A stretch of DNA of 64,000 nucleotides. Source: Podarcis liolepis. Taxonomy: Eukaryota. The stretch lies in the NCBI GenBank assembly GCA_965112155.1, contig OZ218103.1; one strand, 5' to 3'. Below the pieces are notes generated by a model that saw only the letters and a list, made by a program, of their open reading frames with translations, had not been told where the DNA came from and did not search any database. Numbering within the stretch: the first letter of the stretch is position 1; every line of letters starts with the position of its first letter. Positions 37,955 to 47,263 of this stretch are shown here, piece by piece. The position numbers and the translations under genes are program-made.

Positions 37955-40900
37955 CGATTTTACAGCCCGTGAACCCCCTCCCGCCCAAACCAGTAGTGAG
38001 GCTCACAGCGTCTCTCCAACTGCCCAATGGAATCACCATGGACGTGCCAATCACCATTGACTCAGGCAGCAATGCGGACTTTATAGGGCAGGACTTTGTC
38101 GACAGGCACGCTGTGCAGTTGCTGCCGGCCACACTGCCCCTGCAGGTTGTCACGGTGGATGGCAGGGAGCTGCTCGGGGGGCAAGTGGTGAAGCAGACGC
38201 CACCAATGGTGATGCGACTTGGGAATCACAGAGAAATCATCAGCTTCAACGTCACTCGACTATCTGACACGCCCATTGTATTGGGCATGAGTTGGCTGGA
38301 CAAGCACAGCCCAGCGATGGCTTGGTACCAGAGGCAGCTGACCTTCGGCTCTTCCTTTTGTGCTGAACACTGCATCGTGCCCAGGCAGGAAGGAGAGGAA
38401 GAGGAGTCACAGCTGCTGCTAGGCACGCTGCAAGCGATTCCACACAAGTACGCTGAATTTTTGGAAGTTTTCTGCGAGAAGGAGGCAGACAGGCTACCCC
38501 CTCACAGACCATATGACTGCAAAATTGACCTGCTGCCGGGGGCGGCGCTGCCTAAAGGGAAACTGTATTCCATGTCAGAGGACGAACTGCAGGAACTCAA
38601 AGAGTTCATTGACCATAATTTGCAACGCGGCTTCATCCGGGAGTCCAGGGCAGTGGGGGGCAGTCCCGTATTCTTTGTTAAGAAGCGGGACACGCCCCAG
38701 AAAAGACTGGTAGTGGATTACAGGATTTTGAACAGTCTGACTAGGCCATCGGACTTCCCCATGCCCCGTATTGACGACCTCCTCGCAAAGGTACGGAAGG
38801 GCAGAGTGTTCACCAAGTTGGACCTGCGGGGGGCGTACAACCTCATTCGCATGCGGGAAGGAGATGAGTGGAAGACAGCCATGTTCACGCCACTGGGGAC
38901 CTACGAATATAGAGTTATGCCTTTTGGATTGCAAAATGGCTCCCACGTTTTTCAAGCGTTTATGCATCACGTGTTGGCGGGACTTCTCTACAAGACGTGC
39001 GTCTGTTTCTTAGATGACATCCTGATCTTTTCGGAGTCGCAGCAGGAGCATGACGGACACGTCAAGGAAGTGCTGAGCAGGCTAAAGCAACATAGGCTCT
39101 ACGCCAAGCTGGAGAAGTGCCAATTTGACGTGCCGGAGGTGGATTTTCTGGGCTACAAGCTGTCTGACAAGGGGCTCGCCATGGACAGCGCCAAGGTTCG
39201 AGCGGTGTTGGATTGGAAGAGTCCGCGCAACCGGAAGGAGGTCCAACGGTTTGTCGGCTTTGCGAACTTCTATCGCAAGTTTATCAAGGGCTTCGCGATG
39301 CAGACAGCGGCCATCACTGACACGCTTAGCTCCAAGAAGAAGAAGTTCGTTTGGACAGCGCAGGCGGAGCAGTCCTTTCAGGCACTCAAGCGTCTCTTCG
39401 CGTCGGAAGAGCAGCTGCTTCATGTCAACCCCAGCAAGCCGATGAGGGTGGAGACAGACGCCTCGGACAGAGCCGTGGGGGCGGTCCTGTTGCAGAAAGA
39501 CCCGCAGGGGGTGTGGCGACCGGGAGCGTTTTACTCCAGGAAGCTCAGCAAGTCCGAACAGAGCTACACCATCTGGGACAGGGAGTTGCTGGCCATTCAC
39601 GCAGCGTTCAAGGCGTGGAGGCACTTTCTGATCGGCGCCAAGCACACGGTGCAGGTTTGCACGGACCACAAGAATCTAGAGCACTGGCGCACGGCACAGT
39701 TCCTGAACCAGAGGCAGATACGTTGGGCTGAGTTCTTTGCAAACTTCGACTTCCGAATAGAGTATGTCCCGGGGGACACCAACATCATGGCAGACGCTCT
39801 CTCCCGTAAGCCACAGTATCTGGAGGACGCAACGCCAGCGGCCGCCATGCACATCTTCGCACCAGCAGTGTGGGCGTGCGCCGCGGCGACCGTGGACCTA
39901 GAGGCGGTGCGACGTGCGTTGCAGGAGGACTCCTTCGCACAAGCAAAGATGGCAGAGGTGCAAAGGGGCAAGGCAGCGGCCGACGGTTTCCGGTTACGAG
40001 ATGGATTGCTCATCCGAAAAGGGGCCATCTACGTGCCGGGAGACGAACTTCGAGCCAAGGTGCTGCAGCAGCTGCACGACGCGCCCACGGCCGGGCACTT
40101 TGGCAAGGAGAAGACGGTGGAATTAGTAGCCAGGGATTTCTGGTGGCCTGGAATGAGAGGGGAGGTCGCAGACTACGTGGCGAGGTGCGACACCTGCCAG
40201 AGGGCCAAACCAGTGCACAAACCGCCGGCCGGACTGTTGGAACCGCTGCAAACTCCGGTCGAACCTTGGGAAAGGGTGGCTCTGGACTTTGTCACGGATC
40301 TGCCCAGCTCAAGGGGCAAGACGGCAGTGCTGGTGGTGGTGGACCTGTTTTCCAAGATGGCGCATTTCATTCCGTGTGCGAAGGTGGCCACTGCGGAGCA
40401 AACCGCCAAACTGTTCATAGACCACGTGTTCAAGGTTCATGGTCTGCCACGGTCTATTCTGTCCGACCGGGGGCGGCAGTTCATCTCGAATTTCTGGCAG
40501 AAGCTGATGGGCTTCCTGAACGTCAAGATCAACCTGGCGTCGGCGAGACACCCGCAGACCAACGGGCAAGCGGAGCGGGTCAATGCCATCATGCAGCAGT
40601 ACCTGAGATGTTATGCAAATCAACAGCCTGCGACGTGGGTGGATTACCTACCGCTTGCCGAGTTCGCCTACAACAACACGAAGCACGTGTCCACGGGGGT
40701 CACGCCGTTCTTCGCCAACAACGGGAGGCACCCCAGAACCTTCCCGGGACTGGAAAGAATGGGGGAGGGGGAGCCGCAGACAGCAGATGCGTTCGCGTCG
40801 GAGCTGCAGGAGGTCCACGATCAGCTGAGGCGCCACCTGGAGCTGGCCAAGCACGCATACAAGGTACAAGCAGACAAGCACAGAAGGGTTGGAGAAGAGC

Positions 40901-42489
40901 TCCACGTGGGAGACTGGGTTTGGTTAGCAGCCCACGCAGTGCCGGCCAGGTCGTTGGCCAAGAAGAAACTAGGGCATAAGCAACTGGGGCCCTACCAAGT
41001 CGAAGAGCAGGTCAACCCGGTAGCTTTCAGACTGGCACTTCCGGAGGGTTCCAGAATGCATCCGGTATTCCACAGATCGGTGCTCACTCCCTACAAGGCA
41101 CCGCACAGGTTCCAGGAACCCAGAACAGCGCCGAGTCCGGTCAGAGACAGAACAGGGCACGCGGAAGTGGCACAGAAGGAGCGCATCAACGAAGTCACTG
41201 AGATTTTGGACTCCAGATGGGGGGAAGAGGGGGTAGAATACTTTCTCGCCAAGGAGGGCACCCCGGCCAGTGCGAACAGCTGGGTGCCGGGCTACGCCTT
41301 GGACGAACCTCTCCTCAAAGACGAGTTTCATGCCCTCTTTCCCCATAGACCTATGCCAGCAGAATATTTTGACGACTGGCTTTTCACGCCCACACTTTCG
41401 GCCAGCACTTTCCGGGGGTTCGACTCGGACGAGGACCCGACACAAGACGTCCGTTCCCCGGAGGGGTCACCCTCGGGATCTGCATCAGAACCCTCGTATT
41501 GGTGGGACGATAGGCCAGAGGAGCAGTGGCGCAGACGGTGGCTGGAAGGCCCAGGACGAGCAACACCGACAGGAGGAAGTGAGGGAGAGACGGACATGGA
41601 CGTTTTCGGGGACGACCCTGGTTTCGAGCACGGCGGCACAGAGATGGAAGCGGAGGTGACTGTCGTCGACGAGAGCGGGGAGGAAGACCCGGGAGACTTC
41701 AGATGGAGGCCTGCCACGGGAAGCGACCGATACCCGACGTTCGTCCCTTTGCGACAGCAGCCCCCAGCTCCAGCACCGGAAGGAGGGGAGGGGGGAATGG
41801 GGGGCTTCGAGGGGGGGATGGATGTCAGGGGTTTAGGAGCAGAAGCACGGGCAAGGGAGGAAACAGAGAGCGAAGGGGAGGAGGCAGAAGAAAAGATGAG
41901 TGACGACGACGACCCGAGATCTCCTAGTCTTTCCAGTGAATCAGAGGATTCACAGAAAGGAGCACCAGTGGCGAGGGCAAGGGGGGAGTCTAGGGGGGCA
42001 CCCCAGGAAGACAGAGCCAGAGAGGACTCAGGGGGGAGCAGCTGGAAATCGGGACCAGCGTCACCGCCAGGAAGCAGGGAAGAGGAAGGGAGCCAGGGGG
42101 GAAGCGCTGGCAGCTCACCACAGGAGGGAGGACATGAGTCAGGAGTGGCCACACCTCCACAGGAGGGAGGACATGAGTCGGGGATGGCCACACCTCCATC
42201 GGGGAGCGAAGAAACGGTTGAGAGGAAAGTGGAAGGTTGGGCGCGCGCGCCAAGTTCAAATGCAGAGGAAGGCGGCGCAGTAAGCAGCCCCGAAAGAGAG
42301 CCAGGTCCTAAAGCCCGGCGCAAGGAGGCAGGAGGGTCTGGGTCAGCGTCAGAAGAATCCCGGAAGGAAGAAGCCCCGGGGGGTAGAGGGACCCAGAGGA
42401 GGACAGTCAGGAGGAAAAGGTGGAGCAAGGCTAGGATATTAAGTTGGTGCACACAGGGCGGAGACTCAGACGGAGCTTCGCCGACCTAG
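37888..42489 (+). CDS. pol: Pol (protease, RT, RNase H, integrase with GPY/F, chromodomain, long acidic extension), expressed as a ~1,871-aa Gag-Pol by -1 frameshift
   Basis: IDSGS protease site (38059), FLDD RT site (39007), ETDASD RNase H, H..H/CDTC zinc finger, D-D-E (LDFVT, SDRG.QF, GQAERVN), LGPYQV, chromo-like EILDSR..VEYF..NSWVP; no stops or frameshifts. Confidence 0.95.
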   Translation, partial: RGCLAGGRGTGAQPDVLVTQSPAILQPVNPLPPKPVVRLTASLQLPNGITMDVPITIDSGSNADFIGQDFVDRHAVQLLPATLPLQVVTVDGRELLGGQVVKQTPPMVMRLGNHREIISFNVTRLSDTPIVLGMSWLDKHSPAMAWYQRQLTFGSSFCAEHCIVPRQEGEEEESQLLLGTLQAIPHKYAEFLEVFCEKEADRLPPHRPYDCKIDLLPGAALPKGKLYSMSEDELQELKEFIDHNLQRGFIRESRAVGGSPVFFVKKRDTPQKRLVVDYRILNSLTRPSDFPMPRIDDLLAKVRKGRVFTKLDLRGAYNLIRMREGDEWKTAMFTPLGTYEYRVMPFGLQNGSHVFQAFMHHVLAGLLYKTCVCFLDDILIFSESQQEHDGHVKEVLSRLKQHRLYAKLEKCQFDVPEVDFLGYKLSDKGLAMDSAKVRAVLDWKSPRNRKEVQRFVGFANFYRKFIKGFAMQTAAITDTLSSKKKKFVWTAQAEQSFQALKRLFASEEQLLHVNPSKPMRVETDASDRAVGAVLLQKDPQGVWRPGAFYSRKLSKSEQSYTIWDRELLAIHAAFKAWRHFLIGAKHTVQVCTDHKNLEHWRTAQFLNQRQIRWAEFFANFDFRIEYVPGDTNIMADALSRKPQYLEDATPAAAMHIFAPAVWACAAATVDLEAVRRALQEDSFAQAKMAEVQRGKAAADGFRLRDGLLIRKGAIYVPGDELRAKVLQQLHDAPTAGHFGKEKTVELVARDFWWPGMRGEVADYVARCDTCQRAKPVHKPPAGLLEPLQTPVEPWERVALDFVTDLPSSRGKTAVLVVVDLFSKMAHFIPCAKVATAEQTAKLFIDHVFKVHGLPRSILSDRGRQFISNFWQKLMGFLNVKINLASARHPQTNGQAERVNAIMQQYLRCYANQQPATWVDYLPLAEFAYNNTKHVSTGVTPFFANNGRHPRTFPGLERMGEGEPQTADAFASELQEVHDQLRRHLELAKHAYKVQADKHRRVGEELHVGDWVWLAAHAVPARSLAKKKLGHKQLGPYQVEEQVNPVAFRLALPEGSRMHPVFHRSVLTPYKAPHRFQEPRTAPSPVRDRTGHAEVAQKERINEVTEILDSRWGEEGVEYFLAKEGTPASANSWVPGYALDEPLLKDEFHALFPHRPMPAEYFDDWLFTPTLSASTFRGFDSDEDPTQDVRSPEGSPSGSASEPSYWWDDRPEEQWRRRWLEGPGRATPTGGSEGETDMDVFGDDPGFEHGGTEMEAEVTVVDESGEEDPGDFRWRPATGSDRYPTFVPLRQQPPAPAPEGGEGGMGGFEGGMDVRGLGAEARAREETESEGEEAEEKMSDDDDPRSPSLSSESEDSQKGAPVARARGESRGAPQEDRAREDSGGSSWKSGPASPPGSREEEGSQGGSAGSSPQEGGHESGVATPPQEGGHESGMATPPSGSEETVERKVEGWARAPSSNAEEGGAVSSPEREPGPKARRKEAGGSGSASEESRKEEAPGGRGTQRRTVRRKRWSKARILSWCTQGGDSDGASPT
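41809..41822 (+). other. Polypurine tract
   Basis: gagggggggatgga immediately 5' of the 3' LTR. Confidence 0.85.
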
Positions 42490-42614
42490 CTACTAGGCGT
42501 AGAGTTGCGCGCAGCAGCGTGAGAATGGAAACTGTAATTCAATAAAGACTTTTACTTAATGACCGCTGGCTAGCGTGATCCTCTGTGAGCTAGGATCTTC
42601 AAGCAGCTCTGACA
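41823..42614 (+). repeat. 3' LTR (792 bp)
   Basis: No differences from the 5' LTR seen by eye; translations identical in several frames; AATAAA 42541-42546. Confidence 0.97.
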
Positions 42615-42842
42615 GTTGTAGAGGGCAAAAACATTGCACCTGTGCAATATTAGCTGCAGTACTGCAGTCCCAATCCAACACATACATACCCAGCTACTAT
42701 TTAACTTAATATATATATATATATATATGTGGGAGATTCTGATCATGGGCCCCGTGTGTTACACCTGTGCCTTACGTATTCATTAAACTGTGCCAAATTA
42801 GCTAAAATCACGCTTATAGTGATAGTGGTATAGTGGTTAGAA

Positions 42843-43039
42843 CAGAGCTTTCCAAACTTTTCATGTTGGTGACACACTTTTTAGACATGGATCATTTCAC
42901 AACGCAGCAATTCAGTTTTACTAGCAAACCGGAGGTTAAACTAACCCCTTTCCAGCCCCAAGAGGAGAGTTCACGCAACACACCTACATGTTGCAGCCGA
43001 CACACTAATGTGTCGCGACACACAGTTTGGAAAGCTCTG
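42843..43039. mobile_element. hAT MITE
   Basis: TIRs cagagctttccaaact / agtttggaaagctctg; 8-bp TSD ggttagaa/ggttagca. Confidence 0.85.
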
Positions 43040-44012
43040 GGTTAGCATTAAGGCTGGCAGACAGGATTAAAAAAAACTACCATTCTGCCATGAAGCTAAA
43101 GTGATTAATTGATAAATAAATCTAAATATGAATAAAGAAATGAGAATAGCCTGCTGGATCAGGCCAGTGGCCCAGCTAGTCCACATCCTGTTCTCACAAC
43201 GGCCAACTAGATGCTTGTGAGAAACCCACAAGAAGGACGCAAGCACAAGAGCACTCTGCCTTCCTGCAGTTTCCAGCAAGTGATTAATGCAACCTTTACT
43301 GTAATATATCAACTATTTATATATGTGTGTGTCTGTGTGTATAGATAGATGGATGGATGAATTCATTCATTCACCCCCCCCCCCAAAAAATACAAATTTA
43401 TATATTGTATTACATAATGTGATTTATACTATGGTAAATGTTACATGTCATGTAGACTTTAATCTTGCATGTTAATAGTCATACCAGCCTCCAGCTGTCA
43501 CTAGATGGTACTACACTGCTGTGAAAAACTCTTCTCTCTAAATATATCCTCTATATGCTGTTCTTTTTTAGACACACACACGTTTTAATATTATCATATA
43601 TAATAATCAAATGCAGGTATAAAAATATAAGCAATATACGTAGAACAATAATATAACTATTATTTCTGTAACCTAAATGGTTTTGCTATTTTAAATAATG
43701 TAAGAGCATTATCATCTCTTTAAAGAAGCAATCCTACACACAGAGTAAGTTCAATCAATTACAGTGGGATTTACCTCCAAGTCAATATTTGTAGAGCTGA
43801 GCTGCAAAGTTCTCTGGACTTAGCACAAGATGCTGTCTCAGTTCAAAAGATAACCCATGAAATCAAGGGACAGGGAAGCTGATGCTGATGAAACATTGTG
43901 ACTTTAGGGCACCGTCTTCATGGATGTTTCTCTCTCCTTCTTGACTCTCTGCTTCACAAAAGCTCCAGTTAGGTTCAAGTACTTACAAATGACACACCAG
44001 TGATTAGTGGTG

Positions 44013-44236
44013 GCCCACCTAGCAGTTCAAAAGCACGTCAAAGTGCAAGTAGATAAATATTCCCACTCCGGCGGGAAGGTAAATGGCGTTTCCGTGTGCT
44101 GCTCTGGTTTCGCCAGAAGCGGCTTAGTCATGCTGGCCACATGGCCCGGAAGTTGCCTGCAGACAAACGCTGGCTCCCTCAGCATACAGAGCGAGATGAG
44201 CACCGCAACCCCAGTCAGGGGGTACCTTTACCTTTT
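44013..44236 (+). mobile_element. 5'-truncated Sauria SINE
   Basis: cctagcagttcaaaagcacgtc core and tacctttacct tail. Confidence 0.8.
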
Positions 44237-44511
44237 TAAAGTGTTAGAATAAGTGGAAATGAGAGATGCAGGATATGGGGGTGAGGTGCTCATCATGATC
44301 TTGCAAATTATCTCCACCTGAGCACACCAAAGAAGATACGGTGGCTAGTTATTTCTGCTTTGCATTTTCAATATTGACCTGTGTTTTTTTCAACAGTATT
44401 CACATTTATGCACTATTTTATATCAAAATACGATTTTAAACTGCATTTTGCTCTGTTGTTTTAAATTAAGCACCTTGTTGCATAATTCAGTGCATGTGAA
44501 AACCAAAGGTA

Positions 44512-44512
<1 letters not shown>

Positions 44513-44563
<51 letters not shown>
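44513..44563. repeat. (AAT)n microsatellite
   Basis: Directly visible. Confidence 0.95.
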
Positions 44564-44565
<2 letters not shown>

Positions 44566-46977
44566 TAACCCAGCCACTCTCGGTGGCTATGTTCTCTTCT
44601 GTACAGGTACAAGTCTGGGAGGCACTGATCAAGTCAGTTCATAATCAGAATCTGAAATAAATCAAATTTATCAAACATCCCTACCTGCACCCTCACCTAC
44701 AATAAGGGGATAATAACACAGACCCATCTTACAGGATAGATGTTAAGGACTGCAATAATGGTTTATTAAAGTAGTGTGGACATTGCTATATAAGCATTAA
44801 GTACTCAAATTATCTAAATAGCATTACCAATATAATAGTTGGGAATATTTTGCTTTTATGAACTATGGGTTTGGAGGCTACCAAATGGTCCAAGCAAAGC
44901 TAAGCTAAGCTGGATCCTATGTTGGCCCCATTGCCAAGTGAGGGGGGGGGGGCAATATGCCTGGAGCTGGTGCAGGAAAACAACAACAACAAACCAAGAA
45001 AACCACCACCCCATTCTGCCTTGAGAGACTTCTGATGCAATGGTGGTTCTGCCACTCTGATCATCCCCACCCTGCTCCATGCAGGGTTAGGATTGCTCTG
45101 CCCAGCAGCGATCCTGTGCAAACTTAATTTGGGACTAGGTGCTACTGAGCTCAAACAGACTCAATTCTGTATAGAACAGAGCCAGCCCTACTGTTGGGAG
45201 AGTGAGGCAACTGTGTCAGGCAACTAGTGCTGGGGCGAGCGGGAGCAGCAGGAATGAACCTTCTGGGTCATACCCTCCTATTAAAGGACAGGGCTTTGTA
45301 TGCCATATGGCCTGTTCTGCACCCCGCCCCCATAAGTAGCCCATTGCCTTCAGGCAATATTCCATTGCAATTATTGAAATAAGTTTCCATGGCCATTCTA
45401 GTCAGCTTCTGAATATAGAATTGGGGTGGAATCTTGTCCTTTGCCTCAGGCAGCAAATTATTTGGGTCTCCCCTAGAGTAGACACTGCTAGTTCCCATTA
45501 AAATTAATGAGACTTAAGTCATGACTAATTTTTTCACATTGATTTCACTGTGACCTAAGTCACAAACGAGATTTGTCAGTATGTTTTTTTTAATGTTTCA
45601 ATTATGTTTATATCATTGATGTTCTGTTATGTGTTTTTAGTGTTGTACACTGCCTTGGGATCTTCTGATAAGAGGTGGTATATAAATTGAATAATTATTA
45701 TCATCATTATTATTATTTCCAACCCAATGTTAAAAAGTAAGGTCTGTTACTAATCTCCACTTCTGCATGGCTGGCAAAATAATGCAAACTTTTGTGTAAA
45801 CCCAAACTAAGCAGAAAATTCAAGTCGTCTACTGGAACAAAGCACACATGGTCCAGGTGCAACTGACACTTTATTCCATAGTGATATGTGTACATGAAGT
45901 ACTGAAACTGCAGAAGACGAAACAAAATGGAAAATCTGGATCAACTTTTTCCAGTGTTAACAGACTATGGAATGCGTGGATGTTTGGCACAAAAAAGTGG
46001 GCAACAATATACTGGATTGTAATAAAGGTCTCTCAAAGGTAACAGAGTCTAAAATACTGTGGTAATTTAGTAGTCATATCTGTGCATAGTAAAGGAACAC
46101 AATGCACTTGATTCATAGTAGATCTCATACAAGCTACACCATCAAGCATCCAGTGTCAAGCTTTCTGGGAGTTCAAGTAAGGTCCCTGATATTTTGCTCA
46201 CAGCTTCTAACAGATGAAAAAATGCTCTTCAAAAAACAACAACACAGTCTCTCTTTTGTATGGATATGTACCAACTCCTGAGAAACATTTGATTATTACT
46301 CAAATGGATTCTGCCCTGCCTATATTTAAATAAGTGCCAAAGTTGTACCAGAGATTGCTTTCAGTGAGGGAGAAGACAGGGAGGGGGAGATTTTGACAGT
46401 TCTTCACTAAGCTGAACATGATGTTCTGCCTGAGCTATGATCCCATCTTATGGGACTGCTGTGTTTCGCCTGTCCTTAACAAAAAATGCCACAGTACACT
46501 TCTAAAACGGGGCATATCTGTGAAATATTTCAACTGAGTGTATACTTTGTGGTGTGGGTGGGAGTGGAAAAATGCCAAGTGTAGCAATGTAAGGTACATC
46601 ATGTATACAAACTTCTTGTTGGCATAAGGAGGGGAACCTTAGATGACACCAATCACATTTTGTCCAACAAGGAAACCCACAAGTTGCATCACTTTCTTCA
46701 GCCCCAAAATAAACTAAACAACACAAGGATAAAAAGAAATGAAATGGGAGAGCTTATCTGGTGCTTCCAATTTTGTAACCACCAAAGTGTTTGGGGGGAA
46801 AGTGTAAAGTTCTGGGCAGGTCATGGATCACAGAGGAAACAGTGGGACAAAGCAAGTTGCAGAATACAACAGTGCTAGGCTTGCCATCTTTTCATTTAAG
46901 CAGTTCCGAACATTGAATTGGGTAGTGCAAGAGAGGTCATTTTAGATTTTATCAGAAGTTAAGGGCCAGTTTATGTC

Positions 46978-47263
46978 GCTTTGTCCCAGCTCCTGCCAAC
47001 CTAGCAGTTTGAACACATACCAGCGTGAGTAGATAACTAGGTACCGCTGCAGCGGGGAGATAAACGGCGTTTACATGCACTCTGACTTCCAGCACAGTGT
47101 CCCGCTGTGCCAGAAGTGGTTTAGTCAGGCTGGCTACATGACCCGAAAAAACTGTCTGTAGACAGGTGGAGGCTCCCTTGGCCTGAAAGCAGAGATGAGC
47201 ACCGTAACCCATAGTCAAATTTGACTGGACTTAACTGTCCAGGGGTCCTTTACTTTTACCTTA
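46978..47263 (+). mobile_element. 5'-truncated Sauria SINE
   Basis: gtcccagctcctgccaacctagcag core and cctttacttttacc tail. Confidence 0.8.

Larger units (their letters stand above)
35993..42614 (+). mobile_element. Complete Ty3/gypsy LTR retrotransposon (chromovirus, Tf1/sushi lineage), 6,622 bp
   Basis: Two 792-bp LTRs with TGTCAG...CTGACA ends, 5-bp TSD GTTGT (35988-35992 / 42615-42619), intact gag and pol in PR-RT-RH-IN-chromo order, and a PPT. Confidence 0.97.

Noticed and set aside
39870-40979. 369-aa overlapping plus-strand ORF and several antisense ORFs inside pol
   Set aside because: Non-ATG starts, Gly/Arg-rich and no recognisable motifs; expected in GC-rich coding DNA.
41328-42452. 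374-aa antisense ORF over the pol tail and 3' LTR (and its 256-aa twin at 35852-36622)
   Set aside because: Starts at GTG, is Ser/Pro/Leu low-complexity, and is the in-register mirror of a T-poor coding strand, which lacks stops by composition; no independent support.
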